59,924 nt of DNA from Patescibacteria group bacterium (GCA_018817715.1 JAHITT010000004.1:191784-251707); one strand, 5' to 3'; positions 7,455-15,956 are shown, counted from the stretch's first letter. The notes: a model not told the origin generated them from the sequence alone. A program made the numbers and translations.

Positions 7455-9035
7455 TTATTGCATTGCTCTCATCATCTCTTTTGCCACAGCTTCAATAACA
7501 GGCACACTTACCGAATTTCCAGCTTGCTTGTATAGTGCCGAATCAGAAATTTTTGGAAGTTTGTAATTTTTTGAAAAACCTTGAATTCTAAAACACTCTA
7601 AAGGGGTTAATTTCCTTATACCTTTTTTATCTTTTATAATTGGCACATTATGTCCACCCATCCCCATATTGGCAGTTAATGTCGGACAAACACCACTCTT
7701 ATTTTCTCTTACATACTGTCTACGCCATTGATAAACTTTGCCAGATTCTTTTACTGATCCTTTTAATTTTTCAAATAAAGGTTTTCCATTGTAATAGTAT
7801 TTTTCTGGCACATTATCTTCGAGCAAATCAGTTATTCCTACACTTAATTTTACTGGGTTAGGAAACTCAAATCTGTCGTGATAAAGCTTGTTTTTAAATC
7901 CAACAATATAAATACGCTCACGGTTTTGCGGAACATTACCATATTCCATTGTGTTTAAAACTTTTGTCTTTACATAGTATCCAAGATCTCTCAATGTTTC
8001 TTCAATAATTCTAAATGTTTTTCCACCATCATGACTTTTTAAATTTTTTACATTTTCTAGCAAGAAACCCTCTGGTTTTCGTTCGTCAATAATTCGCGCA
8101 ACATCAAAAAACAGGTTTCCTCTTCCTTTTTCATCATTAAATCCTTGCCTATAGCCAGCAATTGAAAAAGCTTGGCAAGGAAAACCGCCTAAGAGAAAAT
8201 CAAATTCAGGAAGATCATCAATTCCTATTTTTCTGATATCTTCAACGACTAACTTTGAATCACGAAAATTCAAATCATAAGTATCACGGCACGAAGCCTC
8301 AAAGTCATTAGCAAAAACAGTCTTAAAACCTGCATTCTCAAAACCTATACGAATACCACCAACACCAGCAAAAAGATCTATCGTCCTAAACCCGTGTTTT
8401 GTCTTGTTCTTTTTAATTTCGTGTATTGGTTCATTTGTAGGATTGCTTATTACTTGGACAACAACACCTCTAACTTCAACATCAGTCCTGAATAAGGTTG
8501 GAATACTGGGATTTCTTGGAACAAGCTCAAAACCCTTTCCTTTCCTGTATAATCTTTTTAAAGTTGCCTCGTTGTCATCAATAATTGCGACAACAGTCTG
8601 TCCATTTTCCGCAACTGATTGATGTTTGATAACGACAATATCTCCATCAAATATTCCATCATCAATCATCGAATCCCCAACAACACAGAGAGCATAATAT
8701 CCTTTTGCAGTTTTGATTTGTGGATTTATAACAGAAACGAAACCGTCTCTCTCTTCTATTGCAGGCAATGGATATCCAGCTTTAATACTTCCGAGTATCG
8801 GAATCTCAATAACGGATTTAATTTCTTTTTTAGGAGTCAGGTTTCTTGCTGAATTATCTGATTTTGAAAGATACCCCTTTTCTCTTAGGGATTTGATATG
8901 CTCATGAATAGTAGAAACCGCTTTTAATTTCAGTTTTTTTCGTATTTCCTCAATGGTTGGAGCGATACCATTCTCTGATAGGTATGAGTTTATAAAATCA
9001 AAGACTTCTTTTTGCTTTTTCGTAAGATTCGACAT
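7455..9035 (-). CDS. LexA (winged-HTH plus S24 peptidase) fused to a C5 cytosine DNA methyltransferase
   Basis: LexA region, aa 1-199: LTKKQKEVFDFI..IEEIRKKL wHTH, Ala86-Gly87 cleavage site (IKAGYP), Ser122 (GDSM), Lys160 (ATLKRL). Methyltransferase (MTase) region, aa 216-526: motif I DLFAGVGG, motif IV GFPCQAFS (Cys287), ENV, QNRERIY, GNSVSVPV. Confidence 0.85.
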   Translation of the reverse strand: MSNLTKKQKEVFDFINSYLSENGIAPTIEEIRKKLKLKAVSTIHEHIKSLREKGYLSKSDNSARNLTPKKEIKSVIEIPILGSIKAGYPLPAIEERDGFVSVINPQIKTAKGYYALCVVGDSMIDDGIFDGDIVVIKHQSVAENGQTVVAIIDDNEATLKRLYRKGKGFELVPRNPSIPTLFRTDVEVRGVVVQVISNPTNEPIHEIKKNKTKHGFRTIDLFAGVGGIRIGFENAGFKTVFANDFEASCRDTYDLNFRDSKLVVEDIRKIGIDDLPEFDFLLGGFPCQAFSIAGYRQGFNDEKGRGNLFFDVARIIDERKPEGFLLENVKNLKSHDGGKTFRIIEETLRDLGYYVKTKVLNTMEYGNVPQNRERIYIVGFKNKLYHDRFEFPNPVKLSVGITDLLEDNVPEKYYYNGKPLFEKLKGSVKESGKVYQWRRQYVRENKSGVCPTLTANMGMGGHNVPIIKDKKGIRKLTPLECFRIQGFSKNYKLPKISDSALYKQAGNSVSVPVIEAVAKEMMRAMQ

Positions 9036-9119
9036 ATTGTTTTAAAAATCCATTTACGCTACAATTTTAGTATAACCGAATAAAAACCGAAAAGTAAAGC
9101 ATAGGTTATCCACAATCGT

Positions 9120-9881
9120 ATGGAAAATTTAAATACAAAATTTGAGATAAGTAAAAAACTTTCTGAAAAGATTAGTGAGTCACTTCCCTTTGTTATTAGT
9201 TCTCTTCAAAAAACTAAATTTCAATATGCTGGAAAAGCTCTAGTCTCTTTTATTTCTAAGAGTGGTTATTTACTAAATTCAATATTACTCTCTTGCAATA
9301 ATTCTGACATATATTCATCCTCAATCTTATTTCGGTCTCTTATTGAACATAATTTCAAATACTTATACATTTTTGTTAGGACTCTCAATGAAAATTCTGA
9401 CGATGTTGGTAAGGAGTATTACTGCTCGCTTAAAGGTTTTGAGGATCTAAAGTCTGTTCAAAAAATTCTTAATTACAATAAATTAACATTTCCAGAAAAG
9501 ACCCAGTGGAATACCAAAAGTAAAAATAATAAAAATTTGAGTGAAATTGGTAAAAAATTTGATATAGATAAGATATTTCAGTATCTAATCAATAACAATA
9601 ATCACGATAATAAAATTCTTGAAAAGTATAAAAAAGAGTATCTTTTAGAAAGATTAACTGAATATACAAACATGTCATCTAGTGTCCACGGAGGGCCTTT
9701 TGGAGAATTTGCGTTATTAGAAATCAAGAAAGATAAAAATAAATTTAGTAAAACTTTAAACAAGTTTATAGACGATTCATTAATGCTACATAAGAGTATG
9801 GTTGAAACAACATATTTATTTTCTTCTTTAATGGATTATGAAACTGATAAATTTTATCAAGAAATTCGTAATCTTAAATAA
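9120..9881 (+). CDS. hypothetical protein with a possible HEPN-like Rx4H motif
   Basis: All-helical, Asn/Lys-rich 253 aa. R72-SLIE-H77 fits the HEPN Rx4-6H signature. Divergent from the LexA-MTase gene. Motif alone is weak evidence. Confidence 0.3.
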   Translation: MENLNTKFEISKKLSEKISESLPFVISSLQKTKFQYAGKALVSFISKSGYLLNSILLSCNNSDIYSSSILFRSLIEHNFKYLYIFVRTLNENSDDVGKEYYCSLKGFEDLKSVQKILNYNKLTFPEKTQWNTKSKNNKNLSEIGKKFDIDKIFQYLINNNNHDNKILEKYKKEYLLERLTEYTNMSSSVHGGPFGEFALLEIKKDKNKFSKTLNKFIDDSLMLHKSMVETTYLFSSLMDYETDKFYQEIRNLK

Positions 9882-9884
9882 TAA

Positions 9885-10085
9885 TCTGGGAGTCCACTTT
9901 GTGCGTGCACTGGGCGGGTGGGGGCAAGCACATATAAACTTGTTGTGCCTAGCACAATCCGCTTTTTAGAGTTACCACAGGCTCAATCGAATCCATAGAG
10001 CGAATGCGAACGGCCTATGCGAGGCGCGAGTGTCATTCGTCAAAATCCTGCGGATTTTGCCCGAAATACATTCAAACTTCGCCAA
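9885..10085 (+). other. GC-rich, hairpin-rich non-coding segment (candidate ncRNA or element-end remnant)
   Basis: No ORF in the track. Much more GC-rich than its surroundings. Local hairpins TTGTGC-CTA-GCACAA, CGAATG...CATTCG, AAAATCC-TGC-GGATTTT. Followed by a terminator. Confidence 0.3.
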
Positions 10086-10087
10086 AA

Positions 10088-10118
10088 AACACCTACCTTT
10101 TACGGGTGTTTTTATTTT
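10088..10118 (+). terminator. intrinsic terminator
   Basis: AACACCT / GGGTGTT stem (7 bp, one G-U), 9-nt loop, then TTTATTTT. Confidence 0.5.
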
Positions 10119-10120
10119 AA

Positions 10121-10149
10121 TTGAATAAGGGTATCCCAAAAGGTATAAT
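10121..10149 (+). promoter_or_regulatory. promoter of the cofE-like gene
   Basis: TTGAAT, 17 nt, TATAAT, ending 11 nt before the ATG at 10161. Confidence 0.55.
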
Positions 10150-10160
10150 AAAAACTAATT

Positions 10161-10892
10161 ATGCTCATCAAACCCATCAAAACTCGTGTCTTTAAACCCA
10201 AAAACAACCTGCTTAAATTTATTAACCAACACGTCAAAAAACTAAAAAATGGCGACGTGCTAGTGATAACTTCCAAAATCGTAAGCCTGGCGCAAGGACG
10301 CGTTAAAAAAACAATCAATAATAAAACTCGGGAAAGGCTGATAAAACAAGAAAGCCAGTTTATAATGCGTGGGGTAAGAACCTGGTTAACTGTAAAAGAC
10401 GGCGTGGTAATGACTTCGGCTGGGGTAGATAGGTCTAATGGCAATGGCCAAATAATTCTGCTACCAAAAAATAGTTTTGCAGTGGCGCAAAAAATAAGAC
10501 TGGCTTTGTTAAAAAAATTCAAATTAAAAAATTTAGGCGTCTTAATTACCGACAGCCGGTCTTTACCGCTTCGGGCTGGTAGTTTGGCTGTGGCTATGGG
10601 CTATGCTGGTTTTAAAGGACTAGTGCCTAAAAAAGGCAGTTACGATATGTTTAAGCAGCCGCTTAAAACCACGCGCATTAATATTGGCGATAGCTTGGCC
10701 ACAGCGGCGGTTTTAGCTATGGGCGAAACCAATGAACAAACACCCTTAGCTATTGTAAACGGGGCGCCAATAATTTTTACTGACAAAAAAATAAACCGCC
10801 GTGAATTAATTATTAATCCCTTACACGACAACTTTAAACCGTTTTTTGATAAACTGTCCACCAGCCGGAAATTAAAAAAATTATTAAACTAA
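10161..10892 (+). CDS. F420-0:gamma-glutamyl ligase (CofE)-like family protein
   Basis: GDVLVITSKIVS, SAGVDRSN and ITDSRS..LRAG motifs typical of the CofE/FbiB N-terminal fold. Confidence 0.65.
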   Translation: MLIKPIKTRVFKPKNNLLKFINQHVKKLKNGDVLVITSKIVSLAQGRVKKTINNKTRERLIKQESQFIMRGVRTWLTVKDGVVMTSAGVDRSNGNGQIILLPKNSFAVAQKIRLALLKKFKLKNLGVLITDSRSLPLRAGSLAVAMGYAGFKGLVPKKGSYDMFKQPLKTTRINIGDSLATAAVLAMGETNEQTPLAIVNGAPIIFTDKKINRRELIINPLHDNFKPFFDKLSTSRKLKKLLN

Positions 10893-10895
10893 TTT

Positions 10896-11357
10896 ATGTT
10901 TAAAAAAATTTATTGCCCAATACTTTTACTTATTTTAGCTGGCCTGGCTTGGTTAATTTTTTATAAAACAACCAACAACAATCCTCCGCAACTAGCTGCC
11001 AATCTTAGCCAATATATAAATTCATCGGCCCAGGATATAGAAATATTTACACCTCCCATCAACTCGCCTATAACTAGCCCCTTAGTTATTACCGGCCAAG
11101 CTCGCGGCTACTGGTTTTTTGAAGCTTCTTTTCCCATAAAAATTACTGACGAGCAAGGTAACTTATTAGGCCAAACCATTGCCCAAGCGCAAAGCGATTG
11201 GATGACAAAAAACTGGGTACCTTTTACAGCTGAACTTAAATTTAAGACTGAACCTACAACTAGCTCTAATCTGTGGTTAATTTTTGATAAAGATAATCCA
11301 TCGGGCGAACCACAATTTAATGCCAGTCTGCACTACCCTATTTTAAAAAGTAATTAG
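10896..11357 (+). CDS. secreted Gmad2-type immunoglobulin-like domain protein
   Basis: N-terminal TM/signal, then SPLVITGQARGYWFFEASFPIKITDEQG..WVPF, as in Gmad2 domains. Confidence 0.55.
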   Translation: MFKKIYCPILLLILAGLAWLIFYKTTNNNPPQLAANLSQYINSSAQDIEIFTPPINSPITSPLVITGQARGYWFFEASFPIKITDEQGNLLGQTIAQAQSDWMTKNWVPFTAELKFKTEPTTSSNLWLIFDKDNPSGEPQFNASLHYPILKSN

Positions 11358-11437
11358 CCTTTACAAAAGGCTTTTATTTTAGTCTAGTTTATGCTAGGGT
11401 AACAGTGTTAAAAGTCTTTAAATCAGCTAAATACTCT

Positions 11438-12304
11438 ATGTCTTCACCTATTAAAAAAGTTATTATACCAGTAGCTGGTTTTGGAACCAGATTTTTACCC
11501 GCCACCAAAGCCCAACCCAAAGAAATGCTACCAGTAGTGGATAAACCTATACTGCAATACATAGTAGAAGAAGCTGTAGCCTCGGGTATTGAAGACGTTA
11601 TTATTGTTACTAATTTTAATAAACGAGCAGCCGAAGATCATTTTGATCATTTGCCAGAACTAGAAAACTGGTTACTTAAACAAGGTAAACAAAAGGCTTT
11701 TGCCGAAATTAGCCACATTGCCGACTTGGCTAATTTTATTTATATCAGACAAAAAGGACCTTATGGCAACGGCACGCCGGTTTTATGCGCCAAGCATATT
11801 ATTGGCCAAGAACCTTTTGCGGTTATTTGGGGTGATGACTTGTTAATTAATCAACCACCCAGACTAAAACAACTTATTGAAGTCTACGAACAATATGGCG
11901 GACCAGTAGTTACCGGCTATGAGGTAGATGACGAGGGTACTAAACATTATGGTATTTTAAAAACTAAACCACTAACTAATGATGTTTTTGAGGTTGAAGG
12001 TATAGTGGAAAAACCCGGGCCCGAAAAAGCCCCTTCCCGCTTGGCTAGTTTGGGCGGCTATATTTTAACGCCTGATATTTTTAAAATTCTGGAAAATACC
12101 GACCCTGGTCGTGACAATGAGTTGTGGTTAGTTGATGCCATTGAAACCCTGCGCCAACAGCGACCAATTTTTGCCAAAAAAGTCCAAGGAACTTATTACG
12201 ATGTCGGCTCCAAGTTAGGCTGGCTAAAGGCCAATGTTGACTTAGCCTTACAACATCCGGAAATAAAAGATGATTTTAAAAAATATTTAACCACAAAAAT
12301 ATGA
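11438..12304 (+). CDS. galU: UTP-glucose-1-phosphate uridylyltransferase
   Basis: KVIIPVAGFGTRFLPATKAQPKEMLPVVDKP signature. The ATG at 11438 is preferred over the GTG at 11405. Confidence 0.9.
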   Translation: MSSPIKKVIIPVAGFGTRFLPATKAQPKEMLPVVDKPILQYIVEEAVASGIEDVIIVTNFNKRAAEDHFDHLPELENWLLKQGKQKAFAEISHIADLANFIYIRQKGPYGNGTPVLCAKHIIGQEPFAVIWGDDLLINQPPRLKQLIEVYEQYGGPVVTGYEVDDEGTKHYGILKTKPLTNDVFEVEGIVEKPGPEKAPSRLASLGGYILTPDIFKILENTDPGRDNELWLVDAIETLRQQRPIFAKKVQGTYYDVGSKLGWLKANVDLALQHPEIKDDFKKYLTTKI

Positions 12305-13686
12305 AATCCAGCCGTTTTGTCTTATTAACTATTTTAAGTCTAACCCTTACTTTCAGTTTAATGGGGTTGGGTTGTAAAGGCGGCGACCCAGAAGCTCAAA
12401 CTAAAGCTTCTACCAAAATCACCTTAAATTGGTGGCGAATAAACGGCCAAACCAGCGATTTTGCCGACTTGGTAAAAAACTATCAACAAATTCATCCCAA
12501 TATAAATATCAAAGTAACTGTTGTTCCGGCCCAACAATTAGAACAAAAACTACTAGAAGCTTTAGCCGCCGGCCAAGGACCGGATTTAGTTTCCTTGTTA
12601 AACAGTCACCTAGGTGCCTGGCAAGATAAAATGGCTCCCTTACCAGCGACCCTTACTTTACCCTTTCGAGAAATGCAGGGTTTTATAAAAAAAGAACCTA
12701 CTTGGGTAATGCGCTCCAATGCCACCCTTAACCCCAAAGCTCTACCAGCTCTTTATGTTGACACTGTACCGCAAGATGTGATTATTAATAATCAAATTTA
12801 TGGTTTGCCTTTATCGGTAGATAGTTTGGTAATGTATTACAACCGTGACCTTTTAAACGTTGCCCAAATCGCCACCGCACCTACTACCTGGACTGAATTC
12901 AAAACAGCCGTACAAAAAATAAGCCTCCTAGACAAAAATGGTAAATTTATTCAACACGGCGCAGCTTTAGGTGAAGCTGATAATCTGCCCTATGCCACTG
13001 ACATTGTTACTGCTTTAATGCTTCAAAATGGTACACCTATGGTAAACAGCCAAGGCAGTCAAGCTATTTTTAACCAACCAGTTAAATCGGGTGACCAACA
13101 ATTTATTCCTGGTTTAGATGCCTTAAGATTCTATGCTGATTTTGCCAATCCCAGCAAAGAAACTTATTCTTGGTCACGCCAAACCGGCGATGCCTGGCAA
13201 ACTTTTGCCAGTGGTAAGGTTGGTTTTATTTTTGGCTATTTTAGAGATTTTAAAAACCTAAAACAAATCGCTCCTAAAGTAAATATTGGTTTAGCGTCTT
13301 TACCACAAATAGATGACACGACCAAACCCAGTAATTTAGCTAATTATTATTTAGAAACCGTACCCAAACAATCAAACTATCAATCGGAAGCTTGGGATTT
13401 CTTACAGTTTGTTTCTAAATCAAATCTGCTAAAAGATTATTTAGATAAAACTAAACAACCAACCGCTCATCGAGCCTTACTAAAAGAACAATTAAAAGAT
13501 CCTGATTTAACTATTGCCGCTAGTCAAGTTTTATACAGCCAAAACTGGTACCACGGATTAAAACCGGAAATAATGGAAGGCTCACTTAAAGCCATGATTA
13601 GACAAGCGGTGGATGGAGTGGATTTGGAACAAGCCCTTAAATACGCCGCCAGTCAAATTTCTCAAACTTTGCAAAATAGGCGCTAA
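12301..13686 (+). CDS. extracellular solute-binding lipoprotein (ABC family 1, sugar type)
   Basis: Lipobox LMGLGC, SBP_bac_1-like length and composition. ATGA overlap with galU. No permease adjacent. Confidence 0.7.
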   Translation: MKSSRFVLLTILSLTLTFSLMGLGCKGGDPEAQTKASTKITLNWWRINGQTSDFADLVKNYQQIHPNINIKVTVVPAQQLEQKLLEALAAGQGPDLVSLLNSHLGAWQDKMAPLPATLTLPFREMQGFIKKEPTWVMRSNATLNPKALPALYVDTVPQDVIINNQIYGLPLSVDSLVMYYNRDLLNVAQIATAPTTWTEFKTAVQKISLLDKNGKFIQHGAALGEADNLPYATDIVTALMLQNGTPMVNSQGSQAIFNQPVKSGDQQFIPGLDALRFYADFANPSKETYSWSRQTGDAWQTFASGKVGFIFGYFRDFKNLKQIAPKVNIGLASLPQIDDTTKPSNLANYYLETVPKQSNYQSEAWDFLQFVSKSNLLKDYLDKTKQPTAHRALLKEQLKDPDLTIAASQVLYSQNWYHGLKPEIMEGSLKAMIRQAVDGVDLEQALKYAASQISQTLQNRR

Positions 13687-13711
13687 AAAAATAAGATGCT
13701 AAAATAATAAT

Positions 13712-14416
13712 ATGAAAAAAAATAGGTACTATTTGTGGTTTGGATTATTAATCGGGGCCTTCTTTTTATTCCCTTTAGTTGCCCAAGCTTTTGATATTTC
13801 CAAAGGAATTGTTGGCAACCTGCCACAAGCCTGCGCCGAGCAAGGCACTTGTTCTTTTTGTGACTTTGTCGGCTTATTCGTAGTTTTACAAAAAGTTATT
13901 CTGTCCATTTTTGGGGGCCTAGCTTTAATAATGCTTATTTGGGGTGGCCAAGGTTTTATTATGGCCGCAGGTAACCAAGAAAAAATAACTGCCAGTCGTA
14001 AATTAATTGTTTCCACTTTAATGGGTGTGGGTATAATTTTGGCTGGTTATTTTTTAATAAGTATTATGTTCTTTCTTTTAACCAAACCAACTAATCAAAC
14101 CCTACCTAATTATGTAGCCTTATCGGAAAGTTGGTGGAAAAACCAATTAGGCTGCGCCCTGCCAACTGACGCAGAATTTTGTAAAGACAAACCCGATAAT
14201 ACTGAATGCGTTTTGGTACAAAACACTTATCAAGATAACGGACGCTGTCAAAACAAAAAATGTGTCTCTTTGTGTAATCTAACAATTACTAATGGTGACT
14301 GCCAAACGGCTGGTGCTTGTGGCTTAACCGCTGCCAACTGTAAGGATGCCCCTGATCGCTGTAAAGTTGGTTTGTGTGGTGGGCCAGCTGATCGGGTTTG
14401 TTGCCGACCTGAATAA
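13712..14416 (+). CDS. TrbC/VirB2-like T4SS-pilin-family protein with Cys-rich C-terminal module
   Basis: Signal peptide, TM-IMAAGNQEKITASRK-TM hairpin, then about 90 aa with about 15 Cys ending RVCCRPE. Confidence 0.75.
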   Translation: MKKNRYYLWFGLLIGAFFLFPLVAQAFDISKGIVGNLPQACAEQGTCSFCDFVGLFVVLQKVILSIFGGLALIMLIWGGQGFIMAAGNQEKITASRKLIVSTLMGVGIILAGYFLISIMFFLLTKPTNQTLPNYVALSESWWKNQLGCALPTDAEFCKDKPDNTECVLVQNTYQDNGRCQNKKCVSLCNLTITNGDCQTAGACGLTAANCKDAPDRCKVGLCGGPADRVCCRPE

Positions 14417-14422
14417 TTTTTT

Positions 14423-15856
14423 ATGAAAAAACTATCCTTAATTACAATCTGGTTAAGTATCTGGCTAGCTTCTTTGTTACCTCAAACCAGCCTAGCTCAA
14501 ACCGCTTTACAAAACCCACTAGACCCGGTGGGTGGTGGTTATGTGGCTGTTAATCAAATTTTTGCCCGAGCAGCTTATGGATTAGTTTTTATTACTGGCA
14601 CCTTAGCTTTAATAATAGTTATTTTGGGTGGCTATAGAATATTAACCGCAGCGGGCAATTCGGAAAACTTTGCCAAAGGGAAAAATATGGTTGTATACGC
14701 AATTTTAGGTTTTATTTTAACCATTGCCAGCTACACAATATTAGATACAGTTATAAAATTATTAAGTGGTGGTCAAATAACTTTTACCACCGGACAAACA
14801 ACCCTATTTGACCCTTTGGGTATGACTGGAAAATCACCAGTTGAATTCTACGGACAACGTATTTTAAGATATTTATTAAGCGGTCTAGGGGCCCTAACTT
14901 TGCTAATGGGAATTTATGGCGGCGCCACTTGGATGCTGGCGGCTGGCAATGAAGAAAAAATAACCAAAGCTAAAAAAACTTTAGGTTATGCTGTTTTGGG
15001 TTTAATTATTGTTTTAGGTTCTTACACTGTTATAAGTTTTGCTTACGCGCCATTTGCCAAACTCTTGCAATCGGGCCAACCACCAGCTGCTAATCTGGAA
15101 ACATTACCACCCGACGCTATTGCCAAAGAGGTGGCCTGTTTTAGAGAACCTATTAATAAAAAGTACGGCGCCACTTGTACAATTGAAAAAACTAAAGACT
15201 GTTTGAAGGCAACTACTGATTTTAAGGCTGGTAAATCTTATGGACAAGAAATTGACTGCTCTAATATTGGTGCTTGCGTACAAATATTACCTGGTAACTT
15301 TAATAAAAATAGAATTTTAGCTTCTGAATGTCAAAAAGAAATTTTTAAACCTCTAAGCACCACTAACCAGGATGGTTCTTGTCCGTTTGGTAATACTCTA
15401 GCTGGTGAGGGAGATAAAAGCGCTAGTTGTTATGCCGATGTTATGTATTTACCAGGTGAAGATTACCCCCCAGCTTCTTTAGGTGGTTCTGAAAACGAAG
15501 AATGGGCTTGTTTAAGAACAGAAAGTAATTATATAGACGGACCTCGCCAGTCCACCTGCTCCTTAGAAACAGCTGTTAATTGTAAACAGGTGCGAGATAA
15601 CTACTTAAGCGGCCAGTGGTACCAAAATCTAAACTGCGTCGATGTTGGCTATTGCCAGCAAAATCTAGCTGGCCACCAACAGTGTCGTAACGGCTTAACT
15701 AATTTTATGTGTGAACCAAAAATATTTCCACCTGTAGCTAGTCCGGTTATACCTTGGGGCTGTTCTTTTATTGGTGGCTCTTATGATGAAATTGATGGTG
15801 CCTGTTATTTACCTAAAGAATACTTAAAATTCCAAGCTGGGAAGCTTTGTCCTTAA
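14423..15856 (+). CDS. double T4SS-pilin-module protein with duplicated Cys-rich domain
   Basis: Two TM-(L/M)xAAGN(S/E)E..K-TM modules (ILTAAGNSENFAKGK and WMLAAGNEEKITKAKK), then two copies of an about 100-aa Cys-patterned repeat. Confidence 0.75.
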   Translation: MKKLSLITIWLSIWLASLLPQTSLAQTALQNPLDPVGGGYVAVNQIFARAAYGLVFITGTLALIIVILGGYRILTAAGNSENFAKGKNMVVYAILGFILTIASYTILDTVIKLLSGGQITFTTGQTTLFDPLGMTGKSPVEFYGQRILRYLLSGLGALTLLMGIYGGATWMLAAGNEEKITKAKKTLGYAVLGLIIVLGSYTVISFAYAPFAKLLQSGQPPAANLETLPPDAIAKEVACFREPINKKYGATCTIEKTKDCLKATTDFKAGKSYGQEIDCSNIGACVQILPGNFNKNRILASECQKEIFKPLSTTNQDGSCPFGNTLAGEGDKSASCYADVMYLPGEDYPPASLGGSENEEWACLRTESNYIDGPRQSTCSLETAVNCKQVRDNYLSGQWYQNLNCVDVGYCQQNLAGHQQCRNGLTNFMCEPKIFPPVASPVIPWGCSFIGGSYDEIDGACYLPKEYLKFQAGKLCP

Positions 15857-15956
15857 ACAAAATTATTTGACTACCCAGCCAAAAAGTGCTTAGATTAAAG
15901 CAATAGACTCTACACTTTAAAGTAGTATGTCGCAAAATAAGGAAGGAGGTGACAGT

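Noticed and set aside
9106-9114. Perfect DnaA box TTATCCACA, considered as an origin signal.
   Set aside because: It is a single isolated box inside an accessory islet, 18 kb from dnaA. No cluster or AT-rich unwinding element lies beside it. It is kept only as a note within the 9036-9119 finding.
9987-9994. Possible att repeat of the tRNA-Ser 3-prime end at the far side of the islet.
   Set aside because: Only an 8-mer (TCGAATCC) is shared with the tRNA T-arm. That is too short to distinguish from chance.
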